Shown: in pieces, positions 48,701-58,098 of the stretch | Layout: the number at the start of each line of letters is the position of its first letter | How positions within the stretch are numbered: position 1 is the stretch's first letter | DNA from: a virus | Lineage: Duplodnaviria > Heunggongvirae > Uroviricota > Caudoviricetes | Direction: 5' to 3' (one strand) | IMG/VR virus record: IMGVR_UViG_3300031414_000001 | Coordinates: 96,001-160,000 of that record | DNA length: 64,000 bases | Made by a program: the position numbers and the translations under genes | The notes under the pieces: model-generated | What the model was told of the DNA's origin: nothing | The model's database searches: none | The model's input: only the letters and a program-made list of their open reading frames with translations

Positions 48701-50818
48701 TTGAATAGCACAACATCTACTTTGGGTACTTCTGGTATTACTACCGCAAACATTACTACTGGTAACGTAGCGACCCTAAACGTATCTGGTGTTTCAACCT
48801 TCAATGGTAACATTACTTCTGCTAACGCAGCAGTAGCAATTGCTAAAGATACTACTATCACAGGTAACTTGGATATTTCCGGTACACTAACTGCTGGTAC
48901 ACTAGATCTTAGCACAACTGACGTAACTGTACAATCACTAGTTTCTAGTGGCAACGCACATATCGAAGGTGATTTGGTAGTTGATGGGGCATTCGACCTA
49001 TCCGCAACAAACATTAGTGCTGCTTCCCTAGCTTCTGCTAGTACTGTAACAGTAGGTACTGCTTTAGTACTAACCGCTGGTACAATTACTGGTGCTCCAG
49101 CAATCTCTGGAAACACTACTATCGGTGGAACTCTAGGTGTAACTGGTGCGACCTCACTAAGTACTCTTGGTACTTCTGGTCTAGCAACTCTAAACAGTGC
49201 TTCAGTAACTACAACTCTAGGTGTAACTGGTGCGACTACTCTAAGTACAGTAAGTACTTCTGGTCTAGCAACTCTAAACAGTGCTTCCGTAACTGGTGCT
49301 TTAACTGTTGGTGGTACTGCTACCCTAAACGGTAATACCGTAATTGGTAATGCTTCATCTGATACGCTAACTGTTAACGCAGTAAGTACTTTTGCTGATG
49401 ATGTAACTGTTAATGGTACATTCACCCCTGCTGGTGGTCTAGATTTAGGTTCTGCGGATCTTAACGTCGCTTCTGTAACAACAACTGGTGTTGTATCTGT
49501 TGGTACTAATGCTACAGTTGGTGGAACTCTAGGTGTAACTGGTACAAGTACACTAGGTGTATTGAACTCAGGAAACCACGGTATCACTGGTACTCTAAAT
49601 GTTTCTGGTGCTTCTACCTTAGCTGCTGTATCTGCTACAAGCATAACTGCTAGTGGTGTAATCACTGTTAACGGTACTGCGGTATCTAAGATTCAAAACC
49701 TACAAGTTGGTACTGGTACTCCAGACAACACTAAAGTACTAAACGTATTTGGTGATACCATCATTACTGGTGACTTAGATGTAACAGGCGTAATCAACGC
49801 ACAAATCGACTTGACTTCTCGTGACATTGCTCCACGTAACATCACTGCTTCAGGTTCTATTTCTGCTGCGACTTCCGTAACTGTTGGAACATCCTTGACT
49901 GCGGCAACCGCAATTCTCGGTGCTCCAGGTTCAACCAATAACAACCTACAAGTTAATGGTAACGCAACTTATACTGGCAACCTAACTGTTGGTGGTGTAA
50001 TCTTCGGTTCATTCGATCAGACAAACTCTGACGTAACCATGCGTTCACTAGCTGTAACACAAGGTGCTACTATCGGTACTACTTTGGCAGTAACAGGTAC
50101 AAGTACATTAGCTGCTGTTAACTCAGGAAACCATGCTATCACTGGTACTTTAAGTACTACTGGTCTAGCAACACTAGCTTCTGCTGGTATTACTGGTAAC
50201 GCAACAGTTGGTGGAACTCTAGGTGTAACAGGTATTTCTACCCTTGGGGTATTGAACTCTGGAAACCATGCTATCACTGGTACTCTAAGTACTACTGGTC
50301 TAGCTACCCTAAATAGTCTAACTGTTACTGGTGCTGTAGCCCTAAATGGTAATACAGTAATCGGTGATGCTGGAACTGATACTCTAACTGTTAACGCAGC
50401 TAGTACTTTTGCTGGTAACACAACTGTTAATAACCTAACAGTTAACGGTACACTAACATATGACTTGTCTAATGTTAATACCGCATCTGTTACTACTGGT
50501 ACATACTATGTTAAACAACATGCTACTGAGTCAATCACTACCACTTGGACTCCAGATGGTACAAGTAACGTTTATAACGTAACTGCTACTGCTGATACCG
50601 TAATTCAAGGAATTACTGGTGCGACAACTAAGGGTGCTGGTTCATGGTTCATCTATGTAACTCAAGATGCTACTGGTCATAACGTAACATTTGATTCTTC
50701 AGTTTATAAAATCATTGGTGGTGCGGTAAGTACTACTCCAAATGCGGTAAGTATTTGTCAAGTAGTATACTGCGGTATCGGTACAATTTTCGATGTGTTC
50801 ATCGCACAACGTCCATAA
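45725..50818 (+). CDS. Long repetitive beta-rich tail fibre (1697 aa)
   Basis: T/V/G/S/A-rich beta repeats (GDxxTDTLTVNA); followed by a fibre chaperone; ATAAATA at 45657-45663. Confidence 0.7.
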   Translation: MYSIKTDLDVSGNQTIQKDLLVNGSAVITNDLTVGGTINFANATFTQITVTGAANLNNVTSTGTATLNNVNVSGNTALGDSGTDTVTVNGVSTFNAAITAKSNVSIEGNTVVGDASSDTLTVNATSTFVAPALFNGDVTIGDAPADALTVNSTANLKNNVTIGENATDVLTVNSTSNFANNVTLGSDGTDTLTVNAATNIKNNMIIGENATDTLTINSTTTIAGPLTADDINVGGDLTVTGATTLESLTVNGVTNLNDDLIMASGTSASFQDVTINGTLSGAFTIANGSFNTLSVSGSSSLHATTVAGNLTGTGYSATFNNYIVNGASGLISFNYNDPARPSDIKTSIEPYKVSTQEIQVNVADLQRATIGDVTYSDYGLTALGKASIDYLDIVGNSTTGASRPQLTVAGNSTLGGTTTVNNLAITGSITGLSFSDLNVTGDLTVAGTSDFTQKATFVDLESTGQATFNDVEINGDLTGSFTITNGSFGTISVSGQSNLNSVVLSGNVTGTAQTATFGQYVVAGSTGVIGFSYNDPARPSDIKSAIEPYKISSSEFQGQDADFEHVVTGDVTYVDYGLTGQGLNKLDYLDITGNSTTGTSREQLTVAGKSKFVGDVEFQGVVTGLTVDVTGQDITPNSVVAAAGLTGATVTSTGAANLNSVSVTNNASVSGTTTLNNLVVTGTVTGVTAEANVDGLDIAPNSVDVTTTLDVAGATTLAGTTASTLNVTGATTLAATSATTLSTSGLATLNSATVTGTSTLGVVNAGATTATSITSPSYLGNVTFADDVTITGTLTPSAIDLSTTDVAAKSLTTAEDVTVGGNLAVTGTIDLSNADVGAKTFVASDTVNASTLPVLASTTATIGTVNATTLNATGTTTLGVTNTGILTATSIVTPSIGNATNDVTVTSALIAADDLTVQGNLVLQGGLDLSAVDIEAQSIHTTGNATFDGNVTVGGSIDLSNANVSAITFTATSSSVANVLPVLSSTTGTIATLNSTTSTLGTSGITTANITTGNVATLNVSGVSTFNGNITSANAAVAIAKDTTITGNLDISGTLTAGTLDLSTTDVTVQSLVSSGNAHIEGDLVVDGAFDLSATNISAASLASASTVTVGTALVLTAGTITGAPAISGNTTIGGTLGVTGATSLSTLGTSGLATLNSASVTTTLGVTGATTLSTVSTSGLATLNSASVTGALTVGGTATLNGNTVIGNASSDTLTVNAVSTFADDVTVNGTFTPAGGLDLGSADLNVASVTTTGVVSVGTNATVGGTLGVTGTSTLGVLNSGNHGITGTLNVSGASTLAAVSATSITASGVITVNGTAVSKIQNLQVGTGTPDNTKVLNVFGDTIITGDLDVTGVINAQIDLTSRDIAPRNITASGSISAATSVTVGTSLTAATAILGAPGSTNNNLQVNGNATYTGNLTVGGVIFGSFDQTNSDVTMRSLAVTQGATIGTTLAVTGTSTLAAVNSGNHAITGTLSTTGLATLASAGITGNATVGGTLGVTGISTLGVLNSGNHAITGTLSTTGLATLNSLTVTGAVALNGNTVIGDAGTDTLTVNAASTFAGNTTVNNLTVNGTLTYDLSNVNTASVTTGTYYVKQHATESITTTWTPDGTSNVYNVTATADTVIQGITGATTKGAGSWFIYVTQDATGHNVTFDSSVYKIIGGAVSTTPNAVSICQVVYCGIGTIFDVFIAQRP

Positions 50819-50832
50819 TAAGGAGATAATAG

Positions 50833-51471
50833 ATGATTTACGTATCAGTAATTAAAGACGAAAACGACAATTGGAAAATTGTTAAAATATTACCTTCACC
50901 GCTTAATGCGGTGGGTAATAAAAGTGGAAATATCTACCCTGATATTTCCAAGTTGAGCCTAGCAAGTCGTTTAGTTGAAGGTTTTTGGACACAAAATGAT
51001 GTGTATGAAAACACTGGCGAATTTATGCAATTCAAAGAAAAGACAGTAGACTTTGATGAAGTAAATGGTGTTGTTACCAACACCTACATTTATGAATTAA
51101 TGGATTTAGACGTAATCAAAAGCGACCTCAAAGGTCGCGTTGATTCTAAACGTGATACCGTATACTACGGTGGATTTGAATTCAATTCTAAAATGTACTT
51201 CTCTGGCCTAGCTAATCGTAGTAATATTCAACTTATGCTACTATCATCTATCGTAGATGAAGCAAATTTCCCAACTGACCTAATTTGGGATACAGTTGAG
51301 GGTGAAAGAATCCCAATGGATTTGGCAACCTTTAGACTATTTGCTGAAGCACTAATGACATTTACTCGTTCTTTGTTCATTAAAGCTCGTGCTATCAAGG
51401 ATGCTATTGATGCTGCTACAGATTACGATTCAATTCGTGCTGCGGCTGCTTGGGATAGTGAACCACTATAA
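50833..51471 (+). CDS. Tail fibre assembly chaperone (DUF4376-like C-terminus)
   Basis: KRDTVYYGGFEF...IWDTVEGERIPMD...AIKDAIDAA pattern directly after the fibre gene. Confidence 0.6.
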   Translation: MIYVSVIKDENDNWKIVKILPSPLNAVGNKSGNIYPDISKLSLASRLVEGFWTQNDVYENTGEFMQFKEKTVDFDEVNGVVTNTYIYELMDLDVIKSDLKGRVDSKRDTVYYGGFEFNSKMYFSGLANRSNIQLMLLSSIVDEANFPTDLIWDTVEGERIPMDLATFRLFAEALMTFTRSLFIKARAIKDAIDAATDYDSIRAAAAWDSEPL

Positions 51472-51483
51472 TTGATTAAATAT

Positions 51484-51518
51484 AAAAAAGGCCAACTTAT
51501 GTTGGCCTTTTGTTTTTT
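51484..51518 (+). terminator. Intrinsic terminator
   Basis: AAAAGGCCAAC-ttat-GTTGGCCTTTTGTTTTTT. Confidence 0.8.
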
Positions 51519-51567
51519 GTACCCTTGCATAAATACAGGATACAACCATTTTCTGAGGAATTTTTTA

Positions 51568-53472
51568 ATGAGTGCATATACTATAAAAGGTGCTGAAGGT
51601 GTTGTTATAAACAGTACTTACTTTTTAGAACTACCTAAAGCTCCAACAAAACAAACAATATACGCTGAACGTGCTGGTATGATTCGTTATAACTCAGAAT
51701 GGAAAGCATTTGAAGGTGTAATTGAATTCACAGACGGTTCATTAAGCTATCGTCGTTTCGCACAACTTGACGCGAATGGACAACTACAAACTTCACAATT
51801 ACCAGATTCTATAACTAGCGGTATGCAATGGATCGGTACTTATGCTCCTATTTCTGATGACATTGATCCACCTGTTGATTCTGCGTATACAAAACTTCCT
51901 GCCCCAATAGCTGCTAACTCCGGTCAGTACTATATTATTCGCGGGATTTATGATGCTGCTGTAACACACTTTAGAGCAAATAACCCAACTACAGCTACAG
52001 TAACCTTTACTCCAACAAACCCAAGTTCAGCGGGTAACTGGATTCAAATCAAATATTATATTGATACTGATCCAACCAATACTGCGAATAAGATTGTTGT
52101 TGCTGCGTTTGCTCGCATCGTAACAGCAAGCATTCCAGGCACTGGTCATGAAGGACTTGTATCTTTAGCAAGTAATGATTCAAACCTTACTGCTGCTTTT
52201 ACTTCAGTCGTTGATAAAACTACTGAATTAGGTTTAACTGATGGTGATTGGATTATCAGTACTGGAACCACAAATGTACGCTTACGTCAAAGTCGTGTTA
52301 GTGTAAGTGCTGGGGCTGTATCATTCGATAGAACCTTTTTAACTTCTTCTAACCGTACTATGACTAATAGTTCAGGTACAGTGCAAACCATTATAGACAG
52401 CCTCCTACTTAACGGTTTACGCCGCACAGGAGACTCTATGGTGAACGATGGAAGTACTGGTGCTGGTAGGTTAGGCGTTGTGTATGGTACTGCTGCTGCC
52501 CCTGCTATTGCGTTTAATAGCAACGCATTCGACCCTACTACGAACCCAGGAACTAATCCTGCGTTATGGTCTGATACAAATACTGGTATTTTCCATCCTG
52601 CTACTGGTAGTATCGGTTTCACCGCAAGTGGAACTGAACGTTTACGTGTTACTCCAACTCAACTTATTTTGTATCCAGTAACATCAAGTACTGCTGCTGT
52701 TCCAAACATTCTGTTCTCAGCAACGGGAAACACAAACTTGGGTATGAATATCAAGTCAAATACAATTGATTTTGTCAGTAATGGTGCTGTAAACGTAAGT
52801 TTAGCACAAGGCATCAGTACTTTCAATGGAAATGTTACAGTTACTGGAAACACTATTTTAGGTGATGCTGGTACTGATACATTAACAGTCAATGCTGCTA
52901 GTACTTTTGTTGGTACAACACTATTCAATAACGCATCTAACCGCTTTGCTGTAGGTGCTGTATTCAGTTCTGGTGCTACATTGTCATTTGAAGGTACTAA
53001 TACCGCAACTATTACAAAAACTGCGTCCGAATTACGCTTCAATATGTTGAACTTCAATGATGTTTCAGTGTATGATGGTAGTACATTGCGTACTAAGATT
53101 AATAGATATGGTATTCAACTACCAGTACTAGTTACCATTGATAACGCAGTTGGTGTTGATGGGATGATTGCTTACAGTACTGAACGCAGTACCGTTGTTC
53201 AAAAGACAAACGGGGCGTGGACTACTGTAGGTTCTGGTGGTGGGGTAGCTACTACTTTCACTACATCAAGTTGGGTATTGAGTGGTTCTTACTATACTTA
53301 CACAATTTCTAATCCAAATATTCAAACTATCGTAGTTCAAGAACTTACTGGTTCAAACTATAGTCCAGTTGAAGTTGATTCTATCGTAATATCTCCAACG
53401 AACGCAGTACTTTCAGTACCTGCTTCTCCAGATTTACGTTTCAACGGTCGTGTTATCGTACAATATCAATAA
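51568..53472 (+). CDS. Tail fibre/structural protein
   Basis: AGMIRYNSEWKAFEG and DTNTGIFHPATGSIGF motifs typical of fibres; start ATG 51568 after GAGG; ATAAATA at 51529-51535. Confidence 0.6.
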   Translation: MSAYTIKGAEGVVINSTYFLELPKAPTKQTIYAERAGMIRYNSEWKAFEGVIEFTDGSLSYRRFAQLDANGQLQTSQLPDSITSGMQWIGTYAPISDDIDPPVDSAYTKLPAPIAANSGQYYIIRGIYDAAVTHFRANNPTTATVTFTPTNPSSAGNWIQIKYYIDTDPTNTANKIVVAAFARIVTASIPGTGHEGLVSLASNDSNLTAAFTSVVDKTTELGLTDGDWIISTGTTNVRLRQSRVSVSAGAVSFDRTFLTSSNRTMTNSSGTVQTIIDSLLLNGLRRTGDSMVNDGSTGAGRLGVVYGTAAAPAIAFNSNAFDPTTNPGTNPALWSDTNTGIFHPATGSIGFTASGTERLRVTPTQLILYPVTSSTAAVPNILFSATGNTNLGMNIKSNTIDFVSNGAVNVSLAQGISTFNGNVTVTGNTILGDAGTDTLTVNAASTFVGTTLFNNASNRFAVGAVFSSGATLSFEGTNTATITKTASELRFNMLNFNDVSVYDGSTLRTKINRYGIQLPVLVTIDNAVGVDGMIAYSTERSTVVQKTNGAWTTVGSGGGVATTFTTSSWVLSGSYYTYTISNPNIQTIVVQELTGSNYSPVEVDSIVISPTNAVLSVPASPDLRFNGRVIVQYQ

Positions 53473-53499
53473 TAAAAAAAGGGAGCCAATGGCTCCCTT
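53473..53499. terminator. Intrinsic terminator, strongest for - strand
   Basis: AAAAAAAGGGAGCC-aat-GGCTCCCTT. Confidence 0.8.
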
Positions 53500-53505
53500 A
53501 ATTGT

Positions 53506-54435
53506 TTATACAGCCATTGGTGCTTTAATGGTTGCGTCTGGATTGTAATTTTCCAATCTGAATGATTCCATAGTGAAATCTTCAATTTTAGTAATACTTT
53601 TGTCAATCCATAATGTAGGCATTTCACGTGGTTCACGAGAAAGTTGCTCATGTACAGCATCAACATGGTTTTGATAGATATGAACATCACCACCCATCCA
53701 TACAAATTCACCTACTTCTAATCCACATACTTGTGCTAACATATGAGTCAATAGAGAATATGATGCGATATTGAATGGTACACCCAAGAATAGGTCACAA
53801 CTACGTTGATATAGAATGCAAGATAGTTTACCATCATTCACAAAGAATTGACTGAAACAGTGACATGGCGGTAGTGCCATTTGATCTAGTTCACCAACAT
53901 TCCAAGCAGTCAAAATATGACGACGAGAATCAGGATTATGTTTTAGACCATCAATTAGTACTTGAAGTTGGTCAGTACTGCGACGCATAATTACACCGCT
54001 GAATTGAGTAGCTTCTAGTACTTCATATCCACGTGCTTTCAAAGCATTGATTTCATCAATATTTTGTGCGAATTGATAATCAACCCAATTACGCCATTGT
54101 TTACCATATACTGGACCAAGATTACCATCTGTATATCCTAGAGAAATACCTTGATTTAGGTAGTTATCAGTCCAGATAGTTTTCTTAGATTCATCACGTG
54201 TTCCGTATAGGATTTCAGCCAGGCGACGTTCATCATGTGAACCTTCTACGAACCAAATAAGTTCAGAAGACATTGCTTTCCATGCTAAACGTTTAGTTGT
54301 TGGAGCAGGAAAATACTCAGAAAGGTCAAAACGCATCGTTTCACCCATGAGTTTAATAGTGCCTACTCCAGTACGATCAGTACTCGGTGTTCCGAACTGT
54401 AGTACTTTGGTGTATAGATCGTGTAATTGTTGCAT
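53506..54435 (-). CDS. td: Thymidylate synthase
   Basis: DRTGVGT, LGPVYGKQWR, SRRHILTAWN, MALPPCH, YQRSCDLFLGVPFNIASY, DVHIYQNH. Confidence 0.97.
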   Translation of the reverse strand: MQQLHDLYTKVLQFGTPSTDRTGVGTIKLMGETMRFDLSEYFPAPTTKRLAWKAMSSELIWFVEGSHDERRLAEILYGTRDESKKTIWTDNYLNQGISLGYTDGNLGPVYGKQWRNWVDYQFAQNIDEINALKARGYEVLEATQFSGVIMRRSTDQLQVLIDGLKHNPDSRRHILTAWNVGELDQMALPPCHCFSQFFVNDGKLSCILYQRSCDLFLGVPFNIASYSLLTHMLAQVCGLEVGEFVWMGGDVHIYQNHVDAVHEQLSREPREMPTLWIDKSITKIEDFTMESFRLENYNPDATIKAPMAV

Positions 54436-54754
54436 TCTCTTTCCTTAGATTATAATTTTCTTCCATCAATCTACGAATAGTTTGTTGATAGTCGTTAATC
54501 ATAGTTTCCATGTTATATTGAAATTCACGTATTTGATTATCGAACTTATCTTGTTCATCTGAAACAGCAGATTTCACTTCCCTTATGACTTCAAGTTCAT
54601 GCTCGGCTTGTAATTCTTCTATTCCATCAGCATGATCTTTTTCCATCTGTTCGATAATCTTATCATACATTTCCGTAGTACTTTCAGTACCAGCTTCAAC
54701 GCCGTCTTCATATCCAACATCATATTGATCAGGAATTTCTACTATATCAGTCAT
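54377..54754 (-). CDS. Hypothetical coiled-coil protein
   Basis: ORF in a tightly coupled operon; overlaps the td start. Confidence 0.6.
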   Translation of the reverse strand: MTDIVEIPDQYDVGYEDGVEAGTESTTEMYDKIIEQMEKDHADGIEELQAEHELEVIREVKSAVSDEQDKFDNQIREFQYNMETMINDYQQTIRRLMEENYNLRKENATITRSIHQSTTVRNTEY

Positions 54755-55341
54755 TAGATAAACTTCGCTTCAAATGCTCGTAAGTCTTCTTCTGTAGCAC
54801 GACGAGTGCCAATACCTGTCCAACGACCATGTGGGGCAGGAACAGAATCAACTTGAATGAATTCTTTTGTTTCGTTACAGTACTGATATACTTGTTTATC
54901 CATAATATCGAAATGATATATTTCTTTATCGGATTCATCCAAGTCTAAGTACATTTGTACAGCCCATGCAGTTCCACCGTCTAATTGAGTAGGTGATACT
55001 AATTGACCAATGGTATAAACACGTTCAGTACAGTAAATTTGATAGCTATTACGAGCTAATAGATTGTATACGTATCCCCAACGAGGAACACTACGACCTA
55101 AAGCTTTGTTTGCTAGTTTGAGTTGAGCACCTACTTCATTAGAAGTAAGCATTTCAAATGGGAGTTCTAGTACTGTTTCAGGTTTGACATGTGCTTTATG
55201 ACCTTTAAATGAAAAATGGACTTCATCATGTCCATTTTCCTCAGCCCACAAACCAAAAAGGCGGTCAGCTCCCGCCGCACCGCCACTAAAACATACGTTT
55301 TCGAACTCTAACAACATCTCTTGGAGATCATTGCGAGTCAT
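54754..55341 (-). CDS. SLOG/YspA-like nucleotide-binding protein
   Basis: CFSGGAAGAD, LLARN and GGTAWAV motifs; start ATG 55341. Confidence 0.5.
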   Translation of the reverse strand: MTRNDLQEMLLEFENVCFSGGAAGADRLFGLWAEENGHDEVHFSFKGHKAHVKPETVLELPFEMLTSNEVGAQLKLANKALGRSVPRWGYVYNLLARNSYQIYCTERVYTIGQLVSPTQLDGGTAWAVQMYLDLDESDKEIYHFDIMDKQVYQYCNETKEFIQVDSVPAPHGRWTGIGTRRATEEDLRAFEAKFI

Positions 55342-55636
55342 CTTCTTTATCTTCCAGTTTAGATAATAATTCTTTAATACTATCATCTTCTAAAGAGAAA
55401 CTTGTTTCAAGAGCCGCTAGAATAACGGCTGCTGATTTAATCAGAGATTGACGGAATTCGTCAAACGAAACATGTTTGTCAGGTCTAGAAGCACTTTCAA
55501 ATAAGTAGTACCCAGCTAACCCTGTCCAATCATTCTTCGTTTTAAGATGATCTGCTAAAGTATTTGGGTTGCTCATTTGTTTCAAGCGTTCTTCGATAAT
55601 CAACTGGATTATCTGTTCCCTACTAACTTTTGACAT
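55328..55636 (-). CDS. Hypothetical; possible MazG-like all-alpha fold
   Basis: EERLKQ...W...FRQSLIKSAAVILAALE pattern. Confidence 0.4.
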   Translation of the reverse strand: MSKVSREQIIQLIIEERLKQMSNPNTLADHLKTKNDWTGLAGYYLFESASRPDKHVSFDEFRQSLIKSAAVILAALETSFSLEDDSIKELLSKLEDKEDDSQ

Positions 55637-56310
55637 TATTCACCTTTACGTTCTTTCAATGCTTTTTTGACAAGTTCTACTGCTTTAGCTTGTGAGATAC
55701 CTTCTGGTAATTCAACAAATAGTGAATCACTTGTTTGTTCATCAGTCTGAACATCAGATGGTAGTACTAGTACTTGTGCTTGAGGACGAAGACTTGGGTC
55801 TAGGTTATAAGCACGTTCGCGGTTTTCACGAGCTAGGGTTTCATACTTAGCAGCTTCTTCTAATAGACGAGATACGATAGTACCTTGTTCTGGATATTGA
55901 ACAGTTGCTTCTTGTTGATCGTAAGGATTGAATGCCTTAACAGTACCGTCTTGTACAACAGCACTTTGGTTAATTTCTTCATTCAGTACGTTTAGAGGAA
56001 TCTTATTGGTTCCACCAACATGCATGTCAATATCTAGGGTATTTTGTTTACGGATATAGCCCATACGGTGAAGTACGGAAAGCATGTTTCCACCTTCTAG
56101 GGTTCCGATTTTATCCATTACATCCCATAGTTCAATTGAACTCTGACCACGACCGAGAACTAGCTCAGCAACACGGTTAGAATAAACTTCAGGGAGAGAG
56201 TCACGATAGACTACTAGGCAATGGTGTGGATCATTTTCCAGTTGACGCCATACGACGAAAACACGAGAACCAGTACTACGGACAACACCACAATGACGTA
56301 CAATACTCAT
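55636..56310 (-). CDS. Hypothetical protein
   Basis: ORF; start ATG 56310 after AGGAG. Confidence 0.6.
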   Translation of the reverse strand: MSIVRHCGVVRSTGSRVFVVWRQLENDPHHCLVVYRDSLPEVYSNRVAELVLGRGQSSIELWDVMDKIGTLEGGNMLSVLHRMGYIRKQNTLDIDMHVGGTNKIPLNVLNEEINQSAVVQDGTVKAFNPYDQQEATVQYPEQGTIVSRLLEEAAKYETLARENRERAYNLDPSLRPQAQVLVLPSDVQTDEQTSDSLFVELPEGISQAKAVELVKKALKERKGE

Positions 56311-56311
56311 A

Positions 56312-56554
56312 TTATTCTCCTTGTGCTTCATCAGCAGAATCAACTTCAGCTTGTGCTTGACGAGCTTCTTGATCTGCTAGAATAGCAGCGGAGAAATCCT
56401 GGAATCGAGATACGATTGGTGCAACATCTGCGAGTTCTTTAACATTAAAGATACCACGCTCAATTGCTGCTTCCATGATTTTTGTAGCATTGATAATATC
56501 AATGAATTCTAGTTGTGGTCCAACTACGGTTTCTTCTTGAATTTGATTGCTCAT
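56312..56554 (-). CDS. Hypothetical small protein
   Basis: Start ATG 56554 after GGAG; first gene after promoter 56588-56616. Confidence 0.6.
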   Translation of the reverse strand: MSNQIQEETVVGPQLEFIDIINATKIMEAAIERGIFNVKELADVAPIVSRFQDFSAAILADQEARQAQAEVDSADEAQGE

Positions 56555-56587
56555 TATATACACTCCATGTATTTTTGAATTATCTAT

Positions 56588-56616
56588 ATTATACCACAAA
56601 AACGTGGTACGTTCCA
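56588..56616 (-). promoter_or_regulatory. Promoter TGGAACG-N11-TGTGGTATAAT for the td operon
   Basis: Consensus copy. Confidence 0.8.
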
Positions 56617-56668
56617 AATATTTGTAAGGTCGCCATCCTTGACGACCTTCTATTTAGTATTCTGCTTC

Positions 56669-58054
56669 TTACTGTTCGAGTTCGTAATGAACCGTCATGC
56701 CGAAAGGAGCTTCTACTTTAGGGTTTGAGTGGATTACAAACAATGTATCGCAGTAGTTTGCATCACCCCATGAACCATATGGCTCACCATCCGTGAACAT
56801 GACTAACTGTTTTGGACAGTAATCATCCTCTTTCATATAATCCCATACTTTAGTAAACAAAGTACCGCCACCACCATATACAGGATATTCAAGAATTTGT
56901 TGTTCTTGTCCAGTAGTGTAATCATGTACTTCATAAATTTGAGTATCGAATGTCAAAACACGAATTTTGAATTGTGAGAATTGCTTTGTAATACCATATA
57001 CTTCAGACAGGAAATCACGTAACCATTCAGAACGAATACTACCAGATGCATCAAGTGCGATACAAATGTCAATATCTTCATCGGGTTTCATTCCAGGATA
57101 GATAGGCATACCAAAACCAATACCATTTGACCATGAACGACGGTTTGGCATCATATAAGTTACGTCATTCTTAATAAGAGAACGTAAAGTACGGTTAAGT
57201 TTAGAACGCCAATCAATTTTAGGTTCTTTAAAGTCCTGAACCATAGCACGAATTTCTGGTGGAGCACCTTGTGCCATTGCTGCGTTAATCATTGCGTCTT
57301 TAAACGCATCCATGAATCCTTCCAATTCTTCTTGTGAGAAGTCAGGGAAATCATCATAATCACCACCCGAACCAGAACCATCTTGAGTATCAGTATCGTC
57401 AGAATCTGAATCAGATTGGTTATTACCTTGTTGCGGAATATTATGCTGGTCTAAAGTACCACCACCAGTTCCTTTACCACCTTGACCAGATTCTTCTTGT
57501 TCCTTACGTTCCATAAGGATATTGTAGATTTCTTCTGCTGCCATTTTATCAAAATCAGGTGAGAATAACCATGAATTACGAATTTCACCTAATGCTGGAT
57601 CGCGTTTGATAATTTGGTTAATTGCGTAATCAGCAGCTTTGTTCCACATTTTAGCATCACGTGTGCCTTTACGCAAGAAGTGGTTATACGCACAGTGAAG
57701 AATTTCATGACACACTGCTGCGATTAAGTTTTGTTGGGTTAACCCATTAAGAGCATCATTTATCTGTTCAGCAGTAATATCATCAATACTTTCACGAAGC
57801 ATTTCTTCATATTCTTGACGACGAACAGGGTCTTCGATACCCATAATGAATTCTACGTTGTAATATAGATGCTTACCATCTACCGCTAATGTACGACACC
57901 AAGTGTTATTAGCTACTGGCTCTAACTGAGCAGCCAAAATACCAAAGAATGGACATGCCATAATCATAGTAGTACGTGCTACAATAAGTCTGTCGAAACA
58001 TTCTTTTGCTTTTTGCTCCGATACTTCGTAACGGACTCGTTTTTGTTTTGTCAT
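56669..58054 (-). CDS. Zincin metallopeptidase + vWA domain protein (DUF2201-like)
   Basis: TLAVDG, HEILH, WNKAADYAIN; MIDAS DASGS, GGGGT, FTDG; start ATG 58054. Confidence 0.85.
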   Translation of the reverse strand: MTKQKRVRYEVSEQKAKECFDRLIVARTTMIMACPFFGILAAQLEPVANNTWCRTLAVDGKHLYYNVEFIMGIEDPVRRQEYEEMLRESIDDITAEQINDALNGLTQQNLIAAVCHEILHCAYNHFLRKGTRDAKMWNKAADYAINQIIKRDPALGEIRNSWLFSPDFDKMAAEEIYNILMERKEQEESGQGGKGTGGGTLDQHNIPQQGNNQSDSDSDDTDTQDGSGSGGDYDDFPDFSQEELEGFMDAFKDAMINAAMAQGAPPEIRAMVQDFKEPKIDWRSKLNRTLRSLIKNDVTYMMPNRRSWSNGIGFGMPIYPGMKPDEDIDICIALDASGSIRSEWLRDFLSEVYGITKQFSQFKIRVLTFDTQIYEVHDYTTGQEQQILEYPVYGGGGTLFTKVWDYMKEDDYCPKQLVMFTDGEPYGSWGDANYCDTLFVIHSNPKVEAPFGMTVHYELEQ

Positions 58055-58070
58055 AAAATCCTCAAATAAC

Positions 58071-58093
58071 AAAAGGGGCATAAGCCCCCTTTA
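58071..58093. terminator. Intrinsic terminator between ATPase and vWA genes
   Basis: AAAAGGGGC-ataa-GCCCCCTTT. Confidence 0.6.
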
Positions 58094-58098
58094 TTGTA

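Noticed and set aside
45862-50421. Long antisense ORFs inside the fibre gene (and similar ones at 836-1138, 3039-3638, 35667-37061, 52287-53057)
   Set aside because: Shadow frames caused by biased codon usage of the real gene; no SD or promoter and no recognisable motifs.
45725-53472. Diversity-generating retroelement or invertible fibre cassette
   Set aside because: No reverse transcriptase or invertase and no adenine-specific TR/VR pair seen; repeats differ mainly at synonymous positions.
53506-54435. td as a base-modifying dCMP hydroxymethylase or an intron-containing gene
   Set aside because: The dUMP-specifying Asn in PFNIASY is retained and the ORF is continuous; only a short in-frame insertion.
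56626-56649. Hairpin AAGGTCG/CGACCTT after the vWA gene as a terminator
   Set aside because: No U-tract on the - strand; too weak to call.
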